From a virus (lineage: Duplodnaviria; Caudoviricetes), in IMG/VR virus record IMGVR_UViG_3300014205_000011, positions 24,246 through 88,245 of that record: 64,000 nucleotides of DNA. The stretch is one strand, 5' to 3'. The notes below the pieces were generated by a model that was given only the letters and a program-made list of their open reading frames with translations, had not been told where the DNA came from and searched no databases. The position numbers and the translations under genes were made by a program. Positions 41,348 through 50,346 of this stretch are shown in pieces (within the stretch, counting starts at the first letter, position 1; every line of letters begins with the position of its first letter).

Positions 41348-42022
41348 TTATATTTCTATTATTATAGGTCTGTTAGTTAATTGATATCTTTCATTTACTA
41401 CAGAAGCATTGATGAACGTAGTGTGTTTTCCTTTATGTATACCATATCCTTCATGAATATGACCACATATATGGAATTTAGGCTTAACTTCATTAATTCT
41501 ATTAAGCAAAGCTACATCTCCTACATGTGAATCTTCTCCAGGTCTAGGAGATTTAACTTTATCTAATATACCATAACAAGGCCCATGTGTTATAACTATA
41601 TCTATATTATCAGGTATAATACTATTCCAATATTCTTTTGCCTCACTTTTTTTAAATTGATAAGCCCAATCAAAGAACTCTAGTGAATAAGGTGATCCCA
41701 TAATAGTCATAGAATTTTCACAATCTATTAAAGTATAATAACTACTTGATAGCTTTCCATTCAAATATTTAAAAGCCATTTTAGAAAGTTCAAGATTAGT
41801 TATTAACCCTTTTTCAATAGCAGTACTATGATTACCTGGTACAAATATTTTATACTTATAATCAAGTTTAGAATACCAATCTAAAAAGTCTCTACACTCT
41901 TTTTCATTTAGATACGGATTATGATAGCTGCTTTCATCACCTGCATGTATAATCATATCTGCTTCAGGTAACTCTAGTTGTCTATGTAATCCATGTGTAT
42001 CTGATATTACTACTATTTTCAT
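41348..42022 (-). CDS. Calcineurin-like metallophosphoesterase
   Basis: SDTHG, HAGD, PGNH, THGP, GHIHE. Confidence 0.9.
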   Translation of the reverse strand: MKIVVISDTHGLHRQLELPEADMIIHAGDESSYHNPYLNEKECRDFLDWYSKLDYKYKIFVPGNHSTAIEKGLITNLELSKMAFKYLNGKLSSSYYTLIDCENSMTIMGSPYSLEFFDWAYQFKKSEAKEYWNSIIPDNIDIVITHGPCYGILDKVKSPRPGEDSHVGDVALLNRINEVKPKFHICGHIHEGYGIHKGKHTTFINASVVNERYQLTNRPIIIEI

Positions 42023-42743
42023 TAATTTTCATTTAATCCTAAACCTAATCCTATAAAGAAAAATAAAATAATAAGCAAACCTATTAATAAAAAAGTATCT
42101 AAAGAATTACTTGTTTTATATGTTTCAGGTAACGCTTTAATTATAGTATTATTATTCATAATGAATAAAGTATCATTAGCTTGTAATACTATTAAAGTAT
42201 CATAATCTTGATATTGTATAAGTCTTTTTACTTCTTCTGAAGTATTACTTACATCACTGTAACTGTTCTTAGTTTCAGTACAACTTGTTACTAGTATTAC
42301 TAGTATTGATATTAGTATTAGTTTTTTCATGTTATTCATCTGTGTTTATTGTTATACCTATGCTCATTACAAATGATAATATAACTATTAATCCAAATCC
42401 TCCCTTAGTGCTCTCTTTCCATAAAGCCCCATTTATAGTACCTTGAAAAAGACTCATTAATAAATAGCTTATAGTCATTAGTATAATCCACACAAGTAAA
42501 AATTTAAAAAATGTTTTCATATTGTTATAAGTTATCTATTGAATCATCTATACTTACTATTCCAACTGCTGTAAAATATATTCCTAGTATTAAACATATT
42601 AAAAGACTAGAATAGTATAACATCAATTGTAATAAAGATACTTCTCCTTTATAATGATACCCATATACCAAAAGAGCAGGTATTGTAGATAAGAAGAATA
42701 CTCCTACTGAAAGGATAAATATTGCTAAAATTAAGTTTTTCAT
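42022..42743 (-). CDS. Membrane cluster: lipoprotein (42022-42339) and two 2-TM proteins (42332-42520, 42525-42743)
   Basis: Lipobox LVTS-C plus C-terminal TM; hydrophobic helix pairs. Confidence 0.65.
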
Positions 42744-42930
42744 ATTGTTTATTTATTAGTTTCAATTGGTGTTTTACCTTTATTACTTACTATCCATATA
42801 GTTACAAAAGGTATAAGATTAATACATACTCTTTTATTAAGTTCTGAATAGTAATATCCTATCCATACAGATTGTAATTTTACTGTAATACCTACAGTTA
42901 GTTTACCTTTATATAATATTCTTCTCATAA

Positions 42931-43125
42931 TTATGATTCAAATATATCAGTTGGATGATGTCTAAGCTGTTGAACTAATTCTTTTAATTGTTCACATTGT
43001 TGATCCGCAGCTTTAAGTTTAATATCTATTGTTTGCATAGAAGCTGTATTTCTAGCAATATTTATATTACTATCAATAGCATCTACTATATTTAACATTT
43101 TATTTATAAGTTCTTTTTGTTCCAT
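42931..43125 (-). CDS. Hypothetical coiled-coil protein
   Basis: 64 aa. Confidence 0.5.
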   Translation of the reverse strand: MEQKELINKMLNIVDAIDSNINIARNTASMQTIDIKLKAADQQCEQLKELVQQLRHHPTDIFES

Positions 43126-43145
43126 AATGTTTAAAATTAAAATTG

Positions 43146-43218
43146 TGTAACTATTAGGACTCGAACCTAACCCTCTGAGCTTTTTGACTCATTATACTTC
43201 GCCTGATACTGTAGTTAC
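43146..43218 (-). tRNA. Non-canonical tRNA-like gene (6-nt anticodon loop CAAAAA)
   Basis: GTAACTA/TAGTTAC; TGAGT/GCTCA; TTAGG-TTCGAGT-CCTAA; 73 nt. Confidence 0.6.
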
Positions 43219-43308
43219 AGCCAGATTTATTTACGACACACTATAAATCAAAGTGTAAACAAAATTGCTTTAGGCAACTGTCTATATTAGCTCTAGAAAC
43301 TAATAATG

Positions 43309-43397
43309 TTGTTAAATAAGCGTATTAACCAGCTATTACGACCAGCCCTATCTTTAATAAGGCTAGATTGGGCTCGAACCAATATCTCTTATTTGTA
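43309..43397 (-). tRNA. Circularly permuted tRNA-Val-like gene
   Basis: 3' half (TAC AA ATAAG AGAT, T-arm, CTAGCCT) precedes an 11-nt linker and the 5' half (GGGCTGG, D-arm, CTTAT TT); all four stems pair. Confidence 0.7.
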
Positions 43398-43400
43398 TCT

Positions 43401-43550
43401 TTAAAATGCTTGCATTCCAGCTATAGTAAAAGAGTCACGTTTGTCACTAGCTTTACTTTTTCTACGTTTAGCTGGCATGTTTAAAATGTCTATTTTTGGT
43501 GTGCTATTCTCTTGTTTAGGAGCTGCACCATAATGTTTTAAGTTGTACAT
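43401..43550 (-). CDS. 49-aa basic microprotein missed by the ORF track
   Basis: MYNLKHYG...AGMQAF*; the stop lies 3 nt before the permuted tRNA. Confidence 0.5.
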   Translation of the reverse strand: MYNLKHYGAAPKQENSTPKIDILNMPAKRRKSKASDKRDSFTIAGMQAF

Positions 43551-43591
43551 ATTGTTAAAGGTTTTAAAGTTTAAAAAAATTTATATAATAA

Positions 43592-45482
43592 TTAAAATGT
43601 TAATTGTTCAACATCTGTTATAAGTATTTGATTTGAATTATGATACAAATTATATATATCTTCTTTTCTTGAATATTGATTTACTAGTATAAGTTTAGTA
43701 TTAAACTTAAATAATACATCTTCATTATTGTCTTTACTTATTTTAATAGTAGTATCTATAGTAGATCTTATATCAAATAATAGTTTAGGTTCATAATATA
43801 TCATAATTTATAAATTAATAAGGAATGTATTTACCCATACGATGTCTACGAAGTATTATTATTAGATATTTACCATCATATCCTATTTTTACTTCTTTTT
43901 TAAGGTTACCTCGTTTAAGTTGGCGAGTAATTGATTTAAAATTGTAAGGCATGTTATTAATTGTTTAAAATTTTAAAGTTTAAAATAAACACAGCTTAAC
44001 CTACTGTGTGTGAACCAAAGGACTTACAGGGCATAATCATCTATCATGCTTCAGTTGTGACAATTTATTAATATGTAAGCAAGCCACCAATCTTACACAT
44101 ACTTATACACGTCTGTATAATACTTTTAACCAATCAAAGCATCTACATCTTTCAACGCAATGGCAAGTCTGTCTTCATCAGACATAAATTGCTCAAGTTT
44201 TTGTTTGGCTGTTTTAAGTTTGTTAATCAAATCATGTTGAGTTACTATAGCAACTCTAATTTGAATATCATTTTCCCAAGCATCAAAACTGTATCCTTGC
44301 CATTCAAAAACAGGATAACTATCAAGTTTCAATATGTTAGAAGCTGTTTCATTGTATGCTTGAGATTGTTTGTTTATATATCCCAAAGCACTTATAAGTA
44401 TTTTCAAGTCTTGAGTTTTGTGAATGTAAATAGGTGAGTTTACAGTGTATGAAGGGTTAAACCTAAATTCACCATTAGTTTTGTATTGAGAATCTGCTGT
44501 AGCTTTAATAGCTTTAAGCTTTTCATCAATAGTTGCAAGCTTAGATTGCAAATCTGTTCTAAGTGTTACTGCTTGTGTTGTCATGTTTTTGTTTTTTTAA
44601 AAGTTTTTAAAGACGCTGTAGTACATCCATTTTCGTTCTGGTACTTATGGTGTTGCTACAACGTCTTGTATTTTTAAACATTATGAGAACGCATATATGC
44701 TTTATGAAGGTTTTACAACATTACCTTCATTATTTCTTACTACATTTAAGTATTTACTTGGACTATATCCATGTGTACGCATAAATGCATGATGTTGATT
44801 TTTACGCTTTTTTAACTCTTCTTTTTCTTCTTTAGTTTTACTAAAGATAGCTCTGTTAAGAGTTAAATAAGGCGGATGTAGATTTGCAGCTATCATCATT
44901 TGAGGGTTGTCACAATCAACTGGGCCTCTGTCTAAATCTTTCAAGTTTTTTGGTTTTATTTTCATGGTGTTAATGTTAAATGTTTTTTGTTGCTATGTAC
45001 TTCTAATGATATACCTATAGCTACACCTAAGTAAGCTATTATATCAGGTGTTATTCCATCTGGCATAAGTATTAAAAAATTATCTTGTCCTTCTTCAGTT
45101 ATAGTAATTATTGAAAAAGGCATGTTTTTCTCACGGGCTGTTTCTGTAATAACTTGTATTACTTTAAAAACAACAGAGTCTGAGTATTTTTCTGGTATTG
45201 GTATTTGTAATTGCATAAATTTAATTTTTGTTAAAAATCAGGTGGTAATGTATTAGTTGGTGTTTTATGACTTTCTATTAAAGATTGTAACTTTACAATG
45301 CCAGTTTTTCCTTTATATTCTTCTGAAGTTTCATCCTCATTGATAGTAATTGTTAAAGTTTTAATAAAATGTCCTGTCCATCTCATTGTACAAGATATGC
45401 CTTTTATATTATTAAGAGTGCTCATTATAGATAAAGGTAATTCATCTGTTTTTAATCTACTTGTAGTGTATTCAAATTGCAT
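43592..45482 (-). CDS. Early hypothetical proteins (43592-43804, 44126-44584, 44702-44965, 44962-45216, 45231-45482)
   Basis: ORF track; A-rich Bacteroidota-type initiation regions. Confidence 0.55.
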
Positions 45483-45486
45483 AAGT

Positions 45487-45780
45487 TTAATAATTAATCC
45501 ATTGATACATGTGCCAATCTTTAAGATTGTATATTTCTTTGTGTGCTAATACATCAGATTTACAGTATATAAACATCATGTTTTGATACCTGGTGCTTTT
45601 AGATACAAAATCTATTGATACATCATCTTCATTTAAGTTAAATATTTAACAGAATGCTCTTGTACTATCTTTAATGATTTTAAAAGAAGTAGTATAGCCC
45701 AATATCCAGAACAGAGTTTTATCTTTTTCTGAATAGAATAAATCATTGAAATTAGGTTTGTCTTGTATTTTAGTTGTCAT
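45487..45780 (-). pseudogene. 97-codon ORF with an in-frame TAA at codon 45
   Basis: MTTKIQ...RAFC*IFNLNE...QWINY*; stop at 45646-45648. Confidence 0.6.
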
Positions 45781-45804
45781 ATTAGTATTAATGTAAATAA
45801 TAAA

Positions 45805-45829
45805 ACTAGTTGTTTAAAGTACAACTAGT
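45805..45829 (-). terminator. Terminator-like hairpin (copy 1 of a covarying pair)
   Basis: ACTAGTTGT/ACAACTAGT followed by TTTA. Confidence 0.6.
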
Positions 45830-45834
45830 AAAAC

Positions 45835-45924
45835 TTGGGATAATCCTTATCAGAAACTACTGATAATAAAATGCTGGCATGTGTTACCAATCAACACCTA
45901 TCACTATTTGAGTGTTAATCCCAA
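45835..45924 (-). ncRNA. Four-way-junction structured RNA candidate
   Basis: Outer TTGGGAT/ATCCCAA enclosing TAACAC/GTGTTG, TGGT/GCCA and TTATCAG/CTGATAA hairpins. Confidence 0.45.
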
Positions 45925-45942
45925 TCGCCTTGATTAACTTTC

Positions 45943-46346
45943 TTAGTGCTCAGTTAATATCCATTCCTCACACACACCAGCAATTTCTTTAATGTTCAAT
46001 TGTTGTAGTAACTCTGCTTGAAACTCAATATTATTTCTAATACGTTCTATACACTCATTATAGTTATATAATGTAAAATCAATACAAGCTTGTTCTATTG
46101 ATATACAAGCACTAAATATTTTAGATATTATTTCTTGTTGTGTCATAATAGTGTTGATTAGTCTATATCCATGCCATCTGCTAATATATTCATCATACCA
46201 ATAACTAAGTTACTAACTTCATTAGGTAAATTAGGATGTATTTTAGTATAATTATCTGCATGTTTTCCACATTGTATACAATAACCATTATCTACATGTT
46301 GTGTAATTTCTTCACAATTTGTACAGTATGTTTTAAATCTTTCCAT
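45943..46346 (-). CDS. Two early microproteins (45943-46146; 46158-46346 zinc ribbon)
   Basis: CTNC...CIQC in the second. Confidence 0.55.
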
Positions 46347-46378
46347 AGTAGTGTTGTTTAATTGTAAATGATTTGTTT

Positions 46379-46550
46379 TCCCTCTGCACTCACTTGTAAC
46401 AGTAGTCTAAAGATAGAACTTCATATCTCAATGAATTTATTATATCTTCACCTCTTCAGGTTGCCTATTCTAATACTAACACTAAAGGCTTCTAAGGTAA
46501 TTTTAAGTGTTTTTGTATTTCTACCCTGTTACAAGTGCATATCCTTGGGA
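46379..46550 (-). ncRNA. 6S RNA-like long rod with a central bubble
   Basis: 12-bp CACTTGTAACAG/CTGTTACAAGTG closing stem, unpaired centre, apical TTACCTT/GAGGTGA and GCCT/AGGC stems; 172 nt. Confidence 0.55.
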
Positions 46551-46653
46551 AATATGTTGTGGTGCATTAGTAATAACTTATTAGTAGTGGCCTCAGTATA
46601 TATAGTATTACACTATATGAATGTACCCTCCTAAAATACCTAATAAGTTATAG

Positions 46654-46724
46654 TTGCAAGACTAGGACTCGAACCTAGATTCTATAGAATAAACTATAGT
46701 ATTAACCAATTATATGATCTTGCA
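46654..46724 (-). tRNA. Non-canonical tRNA-like gene (6-nt loop TTTATT)
   Basis: TGCAAGA/TCTTGCA; D-loop AATTGGTTA; TATAG/CTATA; CTAGG-TTCGAGT-CCTAG; 71 nt. Confidence 0.6.
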
Positions 46725-47024
46725 AGCCAAGATTAAATTGAAATTCCTGTAATCATAATTATATTTTTATGAGTCAGTTGATACATCCATATTAATCTAT
46801 TTACATAAGTTGTAGTAATATAAATTCAAGTATAACTACTGTACCTTTATACTACGAAGGTGTGTTTATATGCCTATAAACCTATATGCTTACGTATTGC
46901 CTTGAGCAGTAATATTAACTCTGCTTGTGCACCTGTAAGGTAGGGTATATTACTACGGTCTATGTAAGTATTGTTAAAAGTATTGTTGATATGATGTAAC
47001 AGTTGTGTGAGATGATAAAAGTTA

Positions 47025-47390
47025 TTAAGCATTTGTATGCTCAAAGTTTACACTTACTGAATAATAACCATTTGATGTTCCATACCATCTAATTACTACA
47101 GTCTGTTTTACAGTTCTAATAGTATAGAATGTCCATTGACATAGTTCTGGATTAGTATTTTCCATAGGTGTATCATTACTAGTTTCATAAGCATCAAGTA
47201 TAGGAGTATTAAGTAACTCATTCAAATCTCCGTTTATATCTTCTATGTATACTGATTCACAACAATCTTGGTTATGAAACATAGTATATATTTCTCCTGT
47301 TGCGCAGTGAAATACTAATGTATGATCTAAATTGTTAATTTCAACAAGTGTTTTACCTATTAAATCTGTTATGTTTGCATTTTGTGACAT
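47025..47390 (-). CDS. Conserved phage protein (HNQDCCESV motif); likely start at 47390
   Basis: FHNQDCCESVYIEDINGDL...WTFY...WYGTSNGYYS. Confidence 0.7.
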   Translation of the reverse strand: MSQNANITDLIGKTLVEINNLDHTLVFHCATGEIYTMFHNQDCCESVYIEDINGDLNELLNTPILDAYETSNDTPMENTNPELCQWTFYTIRTVKQTVVIRWYGTSNGYYSVSVNFEHTNA

Positions 47391-47694
47391 GTTATTGTTT
47401 GGTTTGTTAAGTGTGTGAAATGATAAAAGTGGTATAGATATGAGATGTAAGAATGAGAAGTAATGATAATAGTAGAATACTGATGAAATGGGTGGTTGTG
47501 ATCCAGTGATACCAAGCATTACAGCCATTTATCACTCTCAATAAATCATCATTATTTTCCTTTCTATCTAAAACTATTTACTATTTCTTATCATCTTTTG
47601 TATTTACCCATACTACAAATCCAAAGAAGGCAAATGTTACTAACGAGTATAAGAATAGAAATGTATTATTATCCATAATAGTTATTATTATGAG

Positions 47695-48111
47695 TTAATT
47701 AGTTGTATCATTAAATGAATCAGCTATGTTTATGTCACAAATACCCGTATCATTAAAAGTTGTGTCATAAGTACCTGTTTTAACAAATTCTCTTCCGTCT
47801 CCATCTGGATCTAAAAAATCTAATGTTTCAGTTAAATCAGTAATATGTGCTTCTTGAATAGCTATTTTTTGATTCAATTCAATAACCATTTCTTTATAAG
47901 CTGTAACTAATGGATTTGCTTCACTAGTATATGCATTAACTTTTTCTTTTAACTCGTCAAGTTCTTTATCAAAGTTATTCCTCCTATCTTCAAGTTGTTG
48001 CTTATACATATCTCTTTGTCCTTTCAAGTGAACTGAATTGTATTCATTATAGTAGTATATTGATACTATTAGTAATACTATTATTATAAGGATAAGTATT
48101 GATACTATCAT
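47695..48111 (-). CDS. N-terminally anchored coiled-coil membrane protein
   Basis: TM MIVSILILIIIVLLIVSIYY followed by a coiled coil. Confidence 0.6.
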   Translation of the reverse strand: MIVSILILIIIVLLIVSIYYYNEYNSVHLKGQRDMYKQQLEDRRNNFDKELDELKEKVNAYTSEANPLVTAYKEMVIELNQKIAIQEAHITDLTETLDFLDPDGDGREFVKTGTYDTTFNDTGICDINIADSFNDTTN

Positions 48112-48138
48112 GTTATTAGTTGTTTAAGGTTAATAAAA

Positions 48139-48164
48139 ACCAGTTGTTTAATGGCACAACTGGT
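48139..48164 (-). terminator. Terminator-like hairpin (copy 2)
   Basis: ACCAGTTGT/ACAACTGGT followed by TTTTA. Confidence 0.6.
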
Positions 48165-48252
48165 AAAGCTCTCTACGCATACAATCCTTGCCAGGAAGAG
48201 TGATTATTCACCCCAATATGTTCCATCTGCTGCTGTGTTTTCTTCCATAACA

Positions 48253-48489
48253 TTACAATGTTAAAGTTTCAACAGCATCATACTCGTTAACAGTAGCAAT
48301 CTCTTGCTTAGTGTCTTCAGCTACAAGTATGCGATACTCAGCAATAGTGCCATTTTGGCTACGTTTACCTACAGGTAATGTGTGTTTGCTTCCATCTGCT
48401 TTAGTGTAGCTAATGAATGCACCATTTGGGCCAATTACTTTAGATACTGAGACAGCATCTTGTGATTTTACAAATTCAATAAGTGTCAT
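48253..48489 (-). CDS. First gene of the early arm, hypothetical
   Basis: 78 aa, GC-enriched codons. Confidence 0.65.
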   Translation of the reverse strand: MTLIEFVKSQDAVSVSKVIGPNGAFISYTKADGSKHTLPVGKRSQNGTIAEYRILVAEDTKQEIATVNEYDAVETLTL

Positions 48490-48530
48490 AAGGTTTTATT
48501 TTAGTTGTCGAAATTTAAATGATTATTAAA

Positions 48531-48597
48531 CAGGGATGGGGGAGTTTCCCTGCAAAGGTGAGTGGGGGGTGTTGTGATTGGGTGGTTAACCTCCCTT
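48531..48597. other. G-tract-rich island at the divergence point
   Basis: GGG, GGGGG, GGGGGG and GGG runs; CAGGGA/TCCCTG hairpin. Confidence 0.5.
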
Positions 48598-48749
48598 ATC
48601 ATATACTCAACTTTTTATATATAAAAAAATTTTTAGAATTTTACATCTAACTTGTGTTCCTTCTACCCTACTTATATATGTATTAGAAGTAACGCTATTC
48701 ACCCCTTACTGTTTCAAGTAATATTGTGACGCAAATTACTCATTTTATT

Positions 48750-48780
48750 TTTGCAATCATCAAAAAGTCTGTTATCTTTG
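48750..48780 (+). promoter_or_regulatory. Bacteroidota sigma-A promoter
   Basis: TTTG (48750-48753), 19-nt spacer, TATCTTTG (48773-48780), 19 nt before ATG 48800. Confidence 0.8.
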
Positions 48781-48799
48781 CATAAAATAGTAAAAACAT

Positions 48800-49273
48800 A
48801 TGAGAACAAAAAGAGAAATTGAAAAACATAAAACTAATCCTTTCATCAGAGATGGTATTATATATAAAAACATGATGTTACAAAATGCTTCTATAGAAGA
48901 AGTAGTATCAGCATCTACTGGTGAAGTACGTGTTGTAAACTCTAAAACAGGTTACCCTATATCTGATATGGATATTCTACCCTTTAGAAAGTTGTTTAAA
49001 ACTACTTTAGAAGACATGATGTACTTTACTTTACCTGAGATAAAATTAGTACTTTACATAGCCTTAGAAATGTCTAAAGGAGCAGATGAGGTATATATAG
49101 ATGCAGATAGATGTAAAAAACAAATGAATATACAAGCAGGATCTACAGTAAGATTAGCTTTAAGAGGATTGTTAGAAAAGAATTACATTGCCTTAAAAGA
49201 AGACAGGATTCATACATACTTTGTAAACACTAATAAAATATTTAATGGAGACAGGAGAAAAAAATGTTTGTAA
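48800..49273 (+). CDS. RepL-like winged-HTH protein
   Basis: TVRLALRGLLEKNYIA...YFVNTNKIFNGDR. Confidence 0.65.
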   Translation: MRTKREIEKHKTNPFIRDGIIYKNMMLQNASIEEVVSASTGEVRVVNSKTGYPISDMDILPFRKLFKTTLEDMMYFTLPEIKLVLYIALEMSKGADEVYIDADRCKKQMNIQAGSTVRLALRGLLEKNYIALKEDRIHTYFVNTNKIFNGDRRKKCL

Positions 49274-49921
49274 TAGAAGATTTTGCACAAGTAACTTATG
49301 AAAACTCAGACAAAGTAATTATGTATATGTTTGCCAAAACACATACAGCCATATATGCTAATCATCTTCCAGTAATACAAAGAATTTCACCAAACATAGA
49401 TGAATGGGATTTGTATTATGCATACTGTAACTTAGAAAGTAAATACAGAGAAAGAGAATGGAAAAAGATGCTTAGTAAAATAAGTATAGAAGAAGCTTTA
49501 GAACATGTTAATAATGCTTATAATCCTAGCATTAGGGACTTTGAGGGTATCACAACACATTTTTTAGCCGCTAAAATAAAAGAAAATAGAAACAATCATT
49601 ATATCACTTATGAAAGATAAAGAAGAATTATACTTTTTAGTAACACACTTGTTCAAAGAACTAGGAGAAATATCTACCTTATCTCTATATAGAGAAGGAG
49701 AAAGCACTGTTATAAGACCTCGTATAAAGCAGCATAATAATATGTACAAAGCTTTGCTTATAAAAGAAACACATGATGTTAAAGGAAAGACACTTTCAAC
49801 ACAAAGATTAGTTGAAGGAATAAGTAGAGCTACTAAAGATTTAGCTTGCAATGAGCTTATACTAAAACTATGTAACATTGGAATATTAACCCTTATAGAA
49901 AATGAAAAAAGAAACACCTAA
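49264..49921 (+). CDS. Two hypothetical proteins (49264-49620, 49610-49921)
   Basis: ORF track, overlapping. Confidence 0.55.
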
Positions 49922-50306
49922 CATACATTTTAAGATTAAAGTACCTATTTACCCAGTAACTATATTGTGTTACTTTGGTACTAAAGAGTTCTTTCAAGAA
50001 ATGATACATAAGCATATTCCTAACAAGAAAGCTAAAGAACAAATACTAGAATATGATACTAACTATAATGGAATAGTACATAATTATGGAGGACATCAAA
50101 TATTACACATAGATCGTATACCTGATTCTCCTGTATGGCATAACATGTTAGCACATGAAGTATTGCATCTTACATTTGCTATTATGAGATACACAGGTAT
50201 GGAGTTATCAGAAGATTCAGAAGAAGCTTATACCTATCTTAATGGGTATGTAACAGAGCAAATACATAAGAACATAGAAAAGTATAATAAAAATTATACT
50301 ACATAA
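49902..50306 (+). CDS. Small HExxH metallopeptidase-like protein
   Basis: MLAHEVLHL...SEEAYTYL. Confidence 0.65.
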   Translation: MKKETPNIHFKIKVPIYPVTILCYFGTKEFFQEMIHKHIPNKKAKEQILEYDTNYNGIVHNYGGHQILHIDRIPDSPVWHNMLAHEVLHLTFAIMRYTGMELSEDSEEAYTYLNGYVTEQIHKNIEKYNKNYTT

Positions 50307-50318
50307 TAAAAATTATGT

Positions 50319-50326
50319 TACCTTTG
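50319..50326 (+). promoter_or_regulatory. TAnnTTTG -7 element
   Basis: TACCTTTG 20 nt upstream of the GroES-like gene. Confidence 0.55.
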
Positions 50327-50346
50327 TAATCAAATATATAAACAAT

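Noticed and set aside
43360-43453. Alternative reading as a mini-tmRNA tRNA-like domain (AAGCTAG...CTAGCCT)
   Set aside because: Its 5' part lies inside the 49-aa ORF, it has an acceptor mismatch and no G3.U70 pair, and the permuted fold explains all stems better
46368-46634. 88-aa + strand ORF
   Set aside because: Antisense to the early arm, low-complexity composition and overlapping the structured RNA; likely a shadow ORF
47391-47528. 46-aa N-terminal extension of the 47025 ORF
   Set aside because: Low-complexity sequence; the ATG at 47390 has a typical A-rich leader
48204-48248. 14-codon ORF MEENTAADGTYWGE
   Set aside because: Too short to support without homologues or ribosome profiling
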